Program-made: the position numbers and the translations under genes | The notes under the pieces: model-generated | The model's input: only the letters and a program-made list of their open reading frames with translations | Told to the model about the DNA's origin: nothing | Databases searched by the model: none | Part shown: positions 1-8,275 of the stretch, piece by piece | How positions within the stretch are numbered: the first letter of the stretch is position 1 | Layout of the letters: each line of letters begins with the position of its first letter | NCBI GenBank assembly: GCA_965660855.1 | Contig: CBFIBM010000002.1 | Coordinates: forward strand, 129,073 to 157,553 | Length of the DNA stretch: 28,481 bases | Direction: 5' to 3' | From: an uncultured bacterium | Lineage (GTDB): Bacteria; Fidelibacterota; Marinisomatia; Marinisomatales; UBA1611

Positions 1-75
1 GGATCTTCTATCTCTGGATCTTCTATCTCTGGATCTTCTATCTCTGGATCTTCTATCTCTGGATCTTCTATCTCT
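1..75. repeat. Perfect 15-bp tandem repeat (GGATCTTCTATCTCT) x5, cut by the window edge; encodes (EIEDP)n on the minus strand
   Basis: Five identical units at 1-15, 16-30, 31-45, 46-60 and 61-75. The reverse complement reads GAG ATA GAA GAT CCA in frame with the lipoprotein ORF. Confidence 0.97.
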
Positions 76-461
76 TCATTTAACCATTCTTCACTTAAGT
101 TTTCGGCAGTGGTCTTCTTGAATTCAGAGTGTTCTTTTTCTTTGAAATCTAGAATGGAAAAATTGAATATTTGGTTTGAAATCTCATCACCATATTCTGA
201 TATAATAACCTCGATAGAGTAGTCTCCTGGATAATCAGGAATAAAAGTCATCCTGTTGCCATCATTTGTTGATGTCAGATCGTTTGAATTCATCAAGGAA
301 CCATCAGGCTGATTAGATAGTGTCCAGAAATAATCATAGTCAGTTGCATCTTCAGGTTGCTCTGCAGTTATTGAAATTGGTTCATCAACATACCCTTCAA
401 TGCCATTGTTACCACAACCAGCTATTAGAATAAAACATAAAAGAATTAGATTATTGATCAT
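1..461 (-). CDS. Putative lipoprotein, 3'-truncated, with a PKD/REJ-like beta-sandwich and an acidic EIEDP-repeat linker (not in the ORF track)
   Basis: Manual translation from ATG 461 gives MINNLILLCFILIAGC-GNNGIEGYVDEPISITAEQPEDATDYDYFWTLSNQPDGS...MTFIPDYPGDYSIEVIISEYG...WLNEEIEDPEIEDP, with no stop before base 1. A hydrophobic stretch ends in the lipobox IAGC (Cys16). The YxWxLxxQPxGS and FxPDxPGxY patterns resemble PKD-like domains. Starts 13 bp after the ndk stop. Confidence 0.8.
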   Translation of the reverse strand, partial: MINNLILLCFILIAGCGNNGIEGYVDEPISITAEQPEDATDYDYFWTLSNQPDGSLMNSNDLTSTNDGNRMTFIPDYPGDYSIEVIISEYGDEISNQIFNFSILDFKEKEHSEFKKTTAENLSEEWLNEEIEDPEIEDPEIEDPEIEDPEIED

Positions 462-474
462 TTTTTTTCATTTT

Positions 475-897
475 CTAATTAGTAAGAAGTTCACTATCTG
501 CAAAGAAAAAGGCAATCTCTTTTTCAGCATTTTCATCGCTATCAGAACCATGAACAGCATTTTCTTGAACGCTTGTTGCAAAATCTTTTCGTATAGTACC
601 ATCTGCCGCTTCATTAGGGTTTGTTGCTCCTATAGTTTCTCGCCAGTTTTTTACTGCATTATTTTTTTTTAATGCTAGGACCATACAGGGTCCAGATGTC
701 ATAAATTTAGTTAGATCATTAAAAAAAGGTCGCTCTTTATGTACCGCATAAAAACTTTCTGCTTGTTCAATAGTCATTTTGAGAAGTTTTGCAGAAATAA
801 TTTCAAAATCACTTTGAATTATTTTATCATAAATTTTCCCTGTATTTCCATTTTTAACTGCATCTGGTTTAATTATCGCAAATGTTTTATTTTTCAT
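475..897 (-). CDS. ndk: Nucleoside diphosphate kinase
   Basis: IIKPDAV, FYAVHKERPFF, GATNP, GTIR and NAVHGSDS (phospho-His) motifs; 140 aa. Confidence 0.98.
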   Translation of the reverse strand: MKNKTFAIIKPDAVKNGNTGKIYDKIIQSDFEIISAKLLKMTIEQAESFYAVHKERPFFNDLTKFMTSGPCMVLALKKNNAVKNWRETIGATNPNEAADGTIRKDFATSVQENAVHGSDSDENAEKEIAFFFADSELLTN

Positions 898-907
898 TAC
901 TATACCT

Positions 908-1789
908 TTATTTATTTTGTATTAAACTTTTCATTTTTTCACCAATATCTGCAACAGATTCTGCAACAGTTATCCCGGATTCTTCTAAAATTTTCATTTT
1001 TGCTTCAGCAGTATCATCGCCTCCAGAAACAATTGCACCTGCATGGCCCATTCGTCTTCCTGGAGGAGCCGTTTGTCCAGCAATAAAGCCAACAATTGGT
1101 TTTGTCATGTTTTTTTCCGCCCATAGTGCTGCTTCAATTTCCATCTGCCCTCCAATTTCACCGATCATTACAACGCCATCTGTTTCTGGATCTTCTTGAA
1201 ATAATTTTAGACAATCTTTCATGGTTGTACCAATAACTGGATCGCCTCCGATTCCTATAGCAGTGGTCTGACCTAGATTAACATTAACTAATTGATCAAT
1301 TGCTTCGTATGTTAATGTTCCAGATTTTGAAACAACTCCAATATTTCCTTTTTTACAAATGAACCCAGGCATTATTCCCAGTTTACACTCATCTATTGTA
1401 ATAATTCCAGGGCAATTTGGTCCAACGAGAGTTGCATTGTTTTTCTTAACGATCTCATTTGCCTTTATCATATCACGTACTGGAATACCTTCAGTGATAC
1501 AGACAATCACTTTAATTCCTGAAAGAGCTGATTCAATAATGGCATCGGCAGCAAATGCAGGTGGGACAAAAATAATTGACGTATTAGCATTACATTCATC
1601 GATTGCTTCACTAACTAAGTTGTAAACGGGTATTTTATTACTTAATGTTTTAACCCCACCTTTTCCAGGGGTCACTCCCGCTACAATATTTGTTCCATAT
1701 TCAATCATTTGTCTTGAATGAAACTGCCCTTCAGATCCCGTAATTCCTTGAACTACAATTCTTGAATTTTTATTAATTAGAATTGACAT
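908..1789 (-). CDS. sucD: Succinyl-CoA ligase alpha subunit
   Basis: VQGITG, GVTPGKGG, GPNCPG, SKSGTLTYE, GIGGDP and RMGHAGAI (phospho-His) motifs; AGGAG Shine-Dalgarno just upstream. Confidence 0.98.
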   Translation of the reverse strand: MSILINKNSRIVVQGITGSEGQFHSRQMIEYGTNIVAGVTPGKGGVKTLSNKIPVYNLVSEAIDECNANTSIIFVPPAFAADAIIESALSGIKVIVCITEGIPVRDMIKANEIVKKNNATLVGPNCPGIITIDECKLGIMPGFICKKGNIGVVSKSGTLTYEAIDQLVNVNLGQTTAIGIGGDPVIGTTMKDCLKLFQEDPETDGVVMIGEIGGQMEIEAALWAEKNMTKPIVGFIAGQTAPPGRRMGHAGAIVSGGDDTAEAKMKILEESGITVAESVADIGEKMKSLIQNK

Positions 1790-1790
1790 T

Positions 1791-2966
1791 TTATGAATCT
1801 CCTAATTTTAATGCTGCATCAACTACTTTTTTTGCAGCATCTTTCATACCGATTGCTGGAATAATTGATAAACCAGACTTATTAAGAATTTTTTGAGCTT
1901 CTTCTGCATTAGTCCCTTCTAGCCTAACAACTACTGGAACTTTAAGCCCAAGCTCTTTTACTGCTTCAATAACTCCATTCGCAACCCTATCACAACGAAC
2001 AATACCACCAAAAATATTTATCAAAATAGCCTTAACATTTTTATCTGCGAGGATTATTCTAAATCCATTTTTTACGGTTTCAGCATTAGCAGTGCCTCCA
2101 ACATCCAAAAAATTTGCTGGTTCGCCTCCGGCAAGCTTAATAATATCCATTGTTGCCATCGCAAGCCCTGCTCCATTAACCATACAACCTACATTTCCAT
2201 CTAACTTTATGTAATTTAAGTTAAATTTTCCGGCCTCTATTTCATAGGGATCTTCTTCTGAAAAATCTCTCATCTCTAGAATTTCATTCTGCCTGAAGAG
2301 AGCATTATCATCAAAATTAAATTTTGCATCAAGAGCTAAAATATGGTTGTCAATCGTTTTGACTAAAGGGTTTACCTCTAATAAAGATGCGTCTGAATTG
2401 ATATAACATTGATACATTTTTAAAAATATATCCACAGCTTCTTTAAACGCAGTATCTTTTAATTTTAATCCATAGGCAAGCTGACTAGCTTGGAAATGTT
2501 TTATGCCTAATAAAGGATCCACCCAAATTTTTATAATTTTTTCAGGAGTTTTCTCAGCTACTTTTTCAATTTCTACTCCACCCTCTGTAGAAACCATAAA
2601 AACATCTCTTTCTTTATTTCTGTCTAATGTTATTGCAGCATAAAATTCATCCTCAATTTGTGCACCCGATTCAATTAATAATCTTTGAACATTTTTTCCT
2701 TCAGGTCCAGTTTGATTTGTTACTAAATTCATTCCAAGTATTTCATTTGCCAACTTTTCGACTTCTTCTGCTGTTTCTGCAAGTTTAACACCACCGCCTT
2801 TGCCTCTACCGCCCGCATGAATTTGTGCTTTAACTATTACGGGTTTGGTATTTAGTTTTTCGAATGCTTTAACAGAATCCTCAACGGAAAAAGTAGGAAT
2901 TCCTTTAGGAGTTTTTATCCCATATTTGTTAAAGATAAGTTTGCCTTGGTATTCGTGTATTTTCAT
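1791..2966 (-). CDS. sucC: Succinyl-CoA ligase beta subunit
   Basis: MKIHEYQGK start, KAQIHAGGRGKGGGV, NGAGLAMATMD, PANFLDVGG, NIFGGIVRCD and RLEGTN motifs. Confidence 0.98.
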   Translation of the reverse strand: MKIHEYQGKLIFNKYGIKTPKGIPTFSVEDSVKAFEKLNTKPVIVKAQIHAGGRGKGGGVKLAETAEEVEKLANEILGMNLVTNQTGPEGKNVQRLLIESGAQIEDEFYAAITLDRNKERDVFMVSTEGGVEIEKVAEKTPEKIIKIWVDPLLGIKHFQASQLAYGLKLKDTAFKEAVDIFLKMYQCYINSDASLLEVNPLVKTIDNHILALDAKFNFDDNALFRQNEILEMRDFSEEDPYEIEAGKFNLNYIKLDGNVGCMVNGAGLAMATMDIIKLAGGEPANFLDVGGTANAETVKNGFRIILADKNVKAILINIFGGIVRCDRVANGVIEAVKELGLKVPVVVRLEGTNAEEAQKILNKSGLSIIPAIGMKDAAKKVVDAALKLGDS

Positions 2967-3910
2967 TAGTTTTTCCTTATTTTAGTTCCAGCTTTTCCTT
3001 TTAGGGCTTTTTCTATACAATCGATAGATGTAATAATAACCTTCTTCCCACCGTGCTTTAAAAAGTGTAAGGCAGCTCTAATTTTAGGGGCAATACTTCC
3101 CTCTTGAAAAAAATTAGTATTTATTAATTTTTGAGCTTCTTTTTCGGTCATTGATGATATAGGATTTTGGTCACTTAAACCAAAATTTTTATAAACGTAA
3201 TCCACATCAGTTATAATCCATAATTCTTGCGCTCTAATTATATGGCCCATTTTTGCGGCGCTATAGTCTTTGTCAATTACTGCATCTAATCCATTGATAA
3301 AATTGTTTTCATCATTATAGACGGGTATACCACCACCACCAGAAGCAATTACAATTGTACCTTTTTCAACTAATGATTTGATGGATTTTCCATGCATTAT
3401 ATATTCAGGCATAGGAGAGGGTACAACACGTCTCCAATAACCTGCTTCCTGCTCTTTTATTGTCCAATTAAATCGTTTACTAAGTTTTTGTGCTTCTTCT
3501 TTATTATATCTCTTTCCAATGTATTTAGATGGATTCTTAATTGAATTATCATTCTTATTTACAATTACTTGTGTTACTAATGTTACTACCTCTCTATCAA
3601 TTTTTAAAACACGCAGTTTATTTTGTATTGACTGCTGTATCATATAACCAATTGAGCCCTGAGTTCCTGCAACACAAACTCCCAGAGGTAGAGGAGGGAT
3701 CTTATTGAATGTTAAATCCATCCTCATTAATTCATCGCCAACTTGAGGACCATTACCATGGTTTATGCACAAGTTATAACCTAAAGTTATAAAATGACTA
3801 AGAGCATTTATTGTTTTTCTGGTATTTTCAAACTGCTCTTGTATTGTTCCAATTTTTTCTTTCGGGGAAATACTATTTCCGCCCATCGCGATCATCGCTG
3901 TGGGATTCAT
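2966..3910 (-). CDS. arcC: Carbamate kinase
   Basis: GGNSI, HGNGPQVG, TQGSIGY, WRRVVPSP, GGGGIPV, AVIDKD and GSIAPK motifs of the carbamate kinase family; 314 aa; stop overlaps the sucC ATG (TAATG). Confidence 0.93.
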   Translation of the reverse strand: MNPTAMIAMGGNSISPKEKIGTIQEQFENTRKTINALSHFITLGYNLCINHGNGPQVGDELMRMDLTFNKIPPLPLGVCVAGTQGSIGYMIQQSIQNKLRVLKIDREVVTLVTQVIVNKNDNSIKNPSKYIGKRYNKEEAQKLSKRFNWTIKEQEAGYWRRVVPSPMPEYIMHGKSIKSLVEKGTIVIASGGGGIPVYNDENNFINGLDAVIDKDYSAAKMGHIIRAQELWIITDVDYVYKNFGLSDQNPISSMTEKEAQKLINTNFFQEGSIAPKIRAALHFLKHGGKKVIITSIDCIEKALKGKAGTKIRKN

Positions 3911-5521
3911 TTAAGCCTCATCTAAAAATGGATATCTATAATTTTTAGGAGTATCAAATGTCTCTTTTATCGTCCTGATGGAAACCCATCTAAGTAAATT
4001 TAGTTCAGAGCCTGCTTTATCATTAGTCCCTGAAGCTCGTGCACCACCAAACGGCTGCTGTCCTACAACCGCACCGGTAGGTTTATCATTAATATAAAAG
4101 TTTCCAGCTGAAAACTTTAATAAATCTTTTGCCTCTTGAATTGCATTTTGATCTTTTCCCATGACACATCCAGTTAATGCATAAGGAGAAGTTTCATCGA
4201 CTAAACTTAAGGTTTCTAGCCATTTTTTAGGATCGTACAAATAAATGGTCAATACAGGACCAAATATTTCTTCTTCCATTGTTTTGAAGTGTGGGTCTTT
4301 AGTAATTATTGTAGTTGGTTCAATAAAATATCCAATCTCATTATTATATTTACCCCCAGATACTATACTAGATTCGTTTGATTTTTTTGCATACTCTATA
4401 TAACCAACTATTGAATTGAACGCTTTTTCATCTATCACAGCGTTCATGAAGTTAGAAAAATCATAAGGGGAGCCAACCTTAACAGTAGAAAGCTCATCTA
4501 AATAAATCTTTTTCAGTTCAGGCCAAATATTTTCAGGTATATATGCTCTTGACATAGCTGAACATTTTTGACCTTGATATTCAAAAGCTCCTCTTATCAT
4601 TGCAGTAGATAATTCTTTTAGGTTAACTGTTTCATGAGCTATGCAAAAGTCTTTTCCACCTGTTTCACCAACAATTCTAGGATATGATTTATATTTATTA
4701 ATGTTATTTCCAATAGTGGTCCAAATATGTTGAAAGGTCTTAGTAGATCCTGTAAAATGTACTCCAGCTAAATTTTCATTATTTAATACAATATCACCCA
4801 CATCTGAACCATCTCCAGGAATAAAATTAATTACGCCATCCGGTAAGCCTGCTTCTTTGAGCAAGAGCATTATATAATAACTAGACAAAACAGAACTTGA
4901 GGCTGGCTTCCATATTATAACATTTCCCATCATTGCTGGAGCCGAGGGAAGATTCCCAGCAATTGAGGTAAAATTAAATGGAGTGATTGCAAAAACAAAT
5001 CCTTCGAGCGGACGATAATCTAAACTGTTATTTACTCCTTTTGGAGAAATTAAATTTTGTTTTGAACAGATATTTTCAGCAAACTCTGCATTAAAATTAA
5101 AAAAATCAATAAGTTCACATGCAGCATCAATCTCAGCCTGGTAAATATTTTTACTCTGATTTAACATTGTAGCAGCATTAATTCTATTTCTCCAAGGACC
5201 CTTTAATAGATGTGCTGCTTTCCTAAAAATTTTAGATCGTTCTTCAATGGTTGTTTTAGACCAGCTTTTCCAACTCTCTATACTCACCTCAATTGCTTTA
5301 TTAACCTCAAATTTTCCGGCTTTATGATATTTAGCCAAAACTTTTTGATGATCATGAGGTTGAACGCAAGATCCATAATTAGCTGTAAAAACTTCTTTAC
5401 CTCCAATAATTAATGGAATCTTTATCGTTTCAGAGGACATTCTTTCATACTCGTTCTTGATCGACGACCTTTCATTTGAATTTGGAGAGTAATTTAAAAC
5501 CGGTTCATTTTTTGTTTTCAT
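3911..5521 (-). CDS. pruA: 1-pyrroline-5-carboxylate (L-glutamate gamma-semialdehyde) dehydrogenase
   Basis: NEPVLNY, EIDAACELIDF, PFNFTSIAGNL, FTGST, GETGGKD, FEYQGQKCSA (catalytic Cys), EEIFGPV and GQQPFGG motifs; stand-alone P5CDH, 536 aa. Confidence 0.95.
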   Translation of the reverse strand: MKTKNEPVLNYSPNSNERSSIKNEYERMSSETIKIPLIIGGKEVFTANYGSCVQPHDHQKVLAKYHKAGKFEVNKAIEVSIESWKSWSKTTIEERSKIFRKAAHLLKGPWRNRINAATMLNQSKNIYQAEIDAACELIDFFNFNAEFAENICSKQNLISPKGVNNSLDYRPLEGFVFAITPFNFTSIAGNLPSAPAMMGNVIIWKPASSSVLSSYYIMLLLKEAGLPDGVINFIPGDGSDVGDIVLNNENLAGVHFTGSTKTFQHIWTTIGNNINKYKSYPRIVGETGGKDFCIAHETVNLKELSTAMIRGAFEYQGQKCSAMSRAYIPENIWPELKKIYLDELSTVKVGSPYDFSNFMNAVIDEKAFNSIVGYIEYAKKSNESSIVSGGKYNNEIGYFIEPTTIITKDPHFKTMEEEIFGPVLTIYLYDPKKWLETLSLVDETSPYALTGCVMGKDQNAIQEAKDLLKFSAGNFYINDKPTGAVVGQQPFGGARASGTNDKAGSELNLLRWVSIRTIKETFDTPKNYRYPFLDEA

Positions 5522-5565
5522 TTTGACATTAGTGTAAAGTTTTAAGAAATAAGAAAATTAATATC

Positions 5566-5596
5566 CAAAATTACAAGACAATATTTCAGATCACAA
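5566..5596 (-). promoter_or_regulatory. Putative housekeeping promoter of the pruA-arcC-sucCD-ndk operon: TTGTGA-N17-TAATTT(TG)
   Basis: Minus-strand -35-like TTGTGA at 5596-5591, a 17-bp spacer, then TAATTTTG at 5573-5566, in the gap upstream of pruA. Confidence 0.5.
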
Positions 5597-5622
5597 GAAT
5601 GAGAGGAAATAATGTGTTTAGA

Positions 5623-6606
5623 CTATTGTTCCAAATCTTCAGCTTTTTTTCTGAAGTTGTCTAGTTCTACACGCATTGAATACTCGTCTATTGCTGTTAC
5701 TAACTTTTGTCGAAGTACTGATGCTCCATGAAAACCTTTGATGTAGCTAGAAAAGTGTCTTCGCATCAAATTTGTTCCTGCTATTTCTCCACGACTCTTT
5801 AAAAGCAAGTTGAAATGTCTTTTACAAGTTGTGGCAATTTCAATCAAGGAAGGAGAGGGGGGGGTAGGCTCTCCATTTATTGCGGCTGTAGCTTCTCTGA
5901 AGAACCAAGGGTTACCATATGCACCTCTTCCAATCATGACAGCATCGCATCCAGTAAAATTAAACATATCAATAACATCTTTTGAGCTTCGTACATCGCC
6001 ATTCCCAATAATTGGAATGTTACAAGAATTTTTCAATTCTTTAATATATTTCCAATCAGCTTCTCCCGTATACCTTTGTTTTGTAGTCCTCGGATGCAAG
6101 GTGATGGCTTTAATTCCTATATTTTCAAGCCTAGAACCAATTTCTGGAATTATTATTTTTTTATGATCCCATCCCATTCGCATCTTTACTGTAACAGGGG
6201 TATTTGGAACAGCTTCGACAACTGCTTGTGTGATTTCATCCATTAAACATAAATCTTTTAAAGCTGCAGATCCTCCTCCTCTTTTTGTTACTTTTGGTAC
6301 TGGGCAACCATAATTAATATCAATAATATCTGGAGAAAATGTATTAGAAACATAAAGAGCTGCTTCACTCATTACATCTGGGTCACTACCAAAAATTTGT
6401 ATACCAATTGGCCTTTCAATTTCATCAAAACTAATCAGATTAAGTGTTTTTGTATTTTCTCTGATTATACCATCAGCAGAAACGAATTCAGAATAAACAA
6501 CTCCTGCACCCATTTCTTTACATAAGATTCTAAATGGGTAATCTGTAACCCCAGCCATTGGAGCTAAAAAGATTGGATTTTTTATTTTAATATCTCCAAT
6601 ATTCAT
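5623..6606 (-). CDS. dusB: tRNA-dihydrouridine synthase B
   Basis: LAPMAGVTD, IQIFGS, DINYGCP (catalytic Cys), VTVKMRMGWD, HPRT, GNGDV and MIGRGAYGNPW motifs. Confidence 0.93.
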   Translation of the reverse strand: MNIGDIKIKNPIFLAPMAGVTDYPFRILCKEMGAGVVYSEFVSADGIIRENTKTLNLISFDEIERPIGIQIFGSDPDVMSEAALYVSNTFSPDIIDINYGCPVPKVTKRGGGSAALKDLCLMDEITQAVVEAVPNTPVTVKMRMGWDHKKIIIPEIGSRLENIGIKAITLHPRTTKQRYTGEADWKYIKELKNSCNIPIIGNGDVRSSKDVIDMFNFTGCDAVMIGRGAYGNPWFFREATAAINGEPTPPSPSLIEIATTCKRHFNLLLKSRGEIAGTNLMRRHFSSYIKGFHGASVLRQKLVTAIDEYSMRVELDNFRKKAEDLEQ

Positions 6607-6663
6607 ATTTTAAATTAAATTTATTTTAGCATACTATTGAAAACAATTTGGTTAAAAAATAAA

Positions 6664-6694
6664 TTTGTTATAGCTATGATCTTTCTTAATTTTG
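6664..6694 (+). promoter_or_regulatory. Putative rpmB promoter: TTTG-N19-TAATTTTG
   Basis: TTTG at 6664-6667 and TAATTTTG at 6687-6694, 33 bp upstream of the rpmB ATG; matches the Bacteroidota -33/-7 consensus TTTG-N19-21-TAnnTTTG. Confidence 0.5.
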
Positions 6695-6727
6695 TCGGCT
6701 ATTTTAGAATAAAAAAAGAAAATAAAT

Positions 6728-6964
6728 ATGAGCAGATTCTGTGATGTAACTGGTAAAAAACCGATGTTTGGAAATAATGTTAGCCACGCAAATAATAAAA
6801 CAAGACGTCGCTTTAATGTTAATTTACAAAAGAAGAAATTTTGGTTTCCAGATGAAAAAAGATATATAACATTGCGTTTATCAACTAGAGGTATGCGTAT
6901 TATCGATAAGAAAGGCATCTCTTCGGTTGTAAAAGATTTAAGAAAAAAAGGACTTAAAGTTTAA
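6728..6964 (+). CDS. rpmB: 50S ribosomal protein L28 (form lacking the Zn-ribbon)
   Basis: [34 protein letters not shown] is a typical L28 N-terminus; 78 aa, very basic, only one Cys. Confidence 0.98.
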   Translation: MSRFCDVTGKKPMFGNNVSHANNKTRRRFNVNLQKKKFWFPDEKRYITLRLSTRGMRIIDKKGISSVVKDLRKKGLKV

Positions 6965-6981
6965 TTTACTTTTAAAAATTT

Positions 6982-7024
6982 TGTTAAAAAAAAGCCTCAA
7001 AACATTTGAGGCTTTTTTTTAACA
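6982..7024. terminator. Bidirectional rho-independent terminator between the convergent rpmB and ftsZ genes
   Basis: Perfect 20-bp inverted repeat TGTTAAAAAAAAGCCTCAAA-aca-TTTGAGGCTTTTTTTTAACA; the stem is flanked by A8 and T8, giving a U-tract on both strands. Confidence 0.92.
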
Positions 7025-7032
7025 GGTATGAA

Positions 7033-8247
7033 TTACTCATGTTGTCTTCTAATAAATGCAGGTATTTGAAGGTCGTCTCCATATACTACTGAGGAATTTG
7101 TCGTATCATCGAAAGTAATCACCGGTTTCTTCTCTTCAGGAAATATATCAGTTTTTTCTTCCTCTGACTTATTATTGCGTATTTCATGTAGTGGTTTATT
7201 ACTTTGATCTTGTAATTTTCTAGTATGAGGTGTTTCATTACTTTCATGTGTATAGACCTCCTTTTTTTCAATTTGATCTATCGTTTTTGGCATATTAAAC
7301 CCGGTTGCAATCACAGTTACTCTTATTTCGCCTTTTAATTTTGGATCAATTACCGCCCCAAAAATAATATTTGCAGAAGAGCCAGCTTCCTCAAAAATTA
7401 TAGTTGTTGCTTCATTTGCTTCCATTAAAGTTAAATCATCTCCGCCAGTGATATTAACCAAGACGCCCTGTGCCCCTTTAATTGTGGCATTATCTAATAA
7501 TGGGCTTGAAATAGCTTGCTGTGCTGCAAGAACAGCTCTTTCTTCACCAGAAGCGATCCCAGTTCCCATTATAGCTTCACCCATATTTTTCATGATTGTT
7601 TCTACATCGGCAAAATCTAAATTGATATGACCTTGAACATTGATTAAATCAGAAATACCTTTTGCTGCTTGGTGCAATATAGTATCAGCCATTTGAAATG
7701 CTTCAGGCAAAGTAGTGGATTTATCTACTATTGACATTAATTTCTGATTTGGAATCGCAATTAAAGTGTCGCAGGCTTTTTTCATTTCAGCCATTCCTTC
7801 TAAAGCACGATTCATTCTTTTTGGTCCTTCAAAATTAAATGGAAGAGTAACTATTCCAACAGTTAATATACCTAGCTCTCTTGATATTTGAGAAATAACT
7901 GGAGCTGCGCCTGTCCCTGTTCCTCCACCAAGTCCAGCAGTAATGAAAACCATATCTGCTCCATCTAAAAGTGAGTTGATTGCATCCTTGTCTGCTTCCA
8001 CAGCTTCTTTTCCTACACTAGAATTAGCTCCTGCACCCAATCCTTTAGTTAGGTTTTTACCAACTTGTATTTTCTGTTCAGATGGATTATTGTCTAGGTC
8101 CTGAGCATCTGTATTTATTGCGATGAAATCAACACCTTGCATTCCAGAGGTAATCATCCTTGTAACCGCATTTCCCCCGGCACCTCCAACGCCAACTACT
8201 TTTAATTTTGCTTTTTGTTCCGTCAAGCTATCAAACTCGAACATCAT
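7033..8247 (-). CDS. ftsZ: Cell division protein FtsZ
   Basis: VVGVGGAGGNAV, NTDAQ, GGGTGTG tubulin signature, INLDFADV and the C-terminal DLQIPAFIRR peptide; AAAGGAG Shine-Dalgarno upstream. Confidence 0.99.
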   Translation of the reverse strand: MMFEFDSLTEQKAKLKVVGVGGAGGNAVTRMITSGMQGVDFIAINTDAQDLDNNPSEQKIQVGKNLTKGLGAGANSSVGKEAVEADKDAINSLLDGADMVFITAGLGGGTGTGAAPVISQISRELGILTVGIVTLPFNFEGPKRMNRALEGMAEMKKACDTLIAIPNQKLMSIVDKSTTLPEAFQMADTILHQAAKGISDLINVQGHINLDFADVETIMKNMGEAIMGTGIASGEERAVLAAQQAISSPLLDNATIKGAQGVLVNITGGDDLTLMEANEATTIIFEEAGSSANIIFGAVIDPKLKGEIRVTVIATGFNMPKTIDQIEKKEVYTHESNETPHTRKLQDQSNKPLHEIRNNKSEEEKTDIFPEEKKPVITFDDTTNSSVVYGDDLQIPAFIRRQHE

Positions 8248-8275
8248 AATAATTCTCCTTTGTTTTTGGTTTGGT

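Noticed and set aside
1..75. Direct repeats as a possible CRISPR array
   Set aside because: The units are 15 bp, head-to-tail with no spacers, in frame within a CDS, and no cas genes are present.
5857..5864. G8 tract in dusB as a phase-variation site
   Set aside because: The frame is intact, the run encodes Thr-Pro-Pro in a linker, and dusB is a housekeeping gene; nothing indicates switching.
6618..6646. Possible dusB promoter TTGTTT-N17-TAAATT
   Set aside because: It lies in extremely AT-rich DNA where such matches arise by chance, and it would leave almost no leader; too weak to call.
6652..6918. 88-aa minus-strand ORF
   Set aside because: Antisense to rpmB, with no family features.
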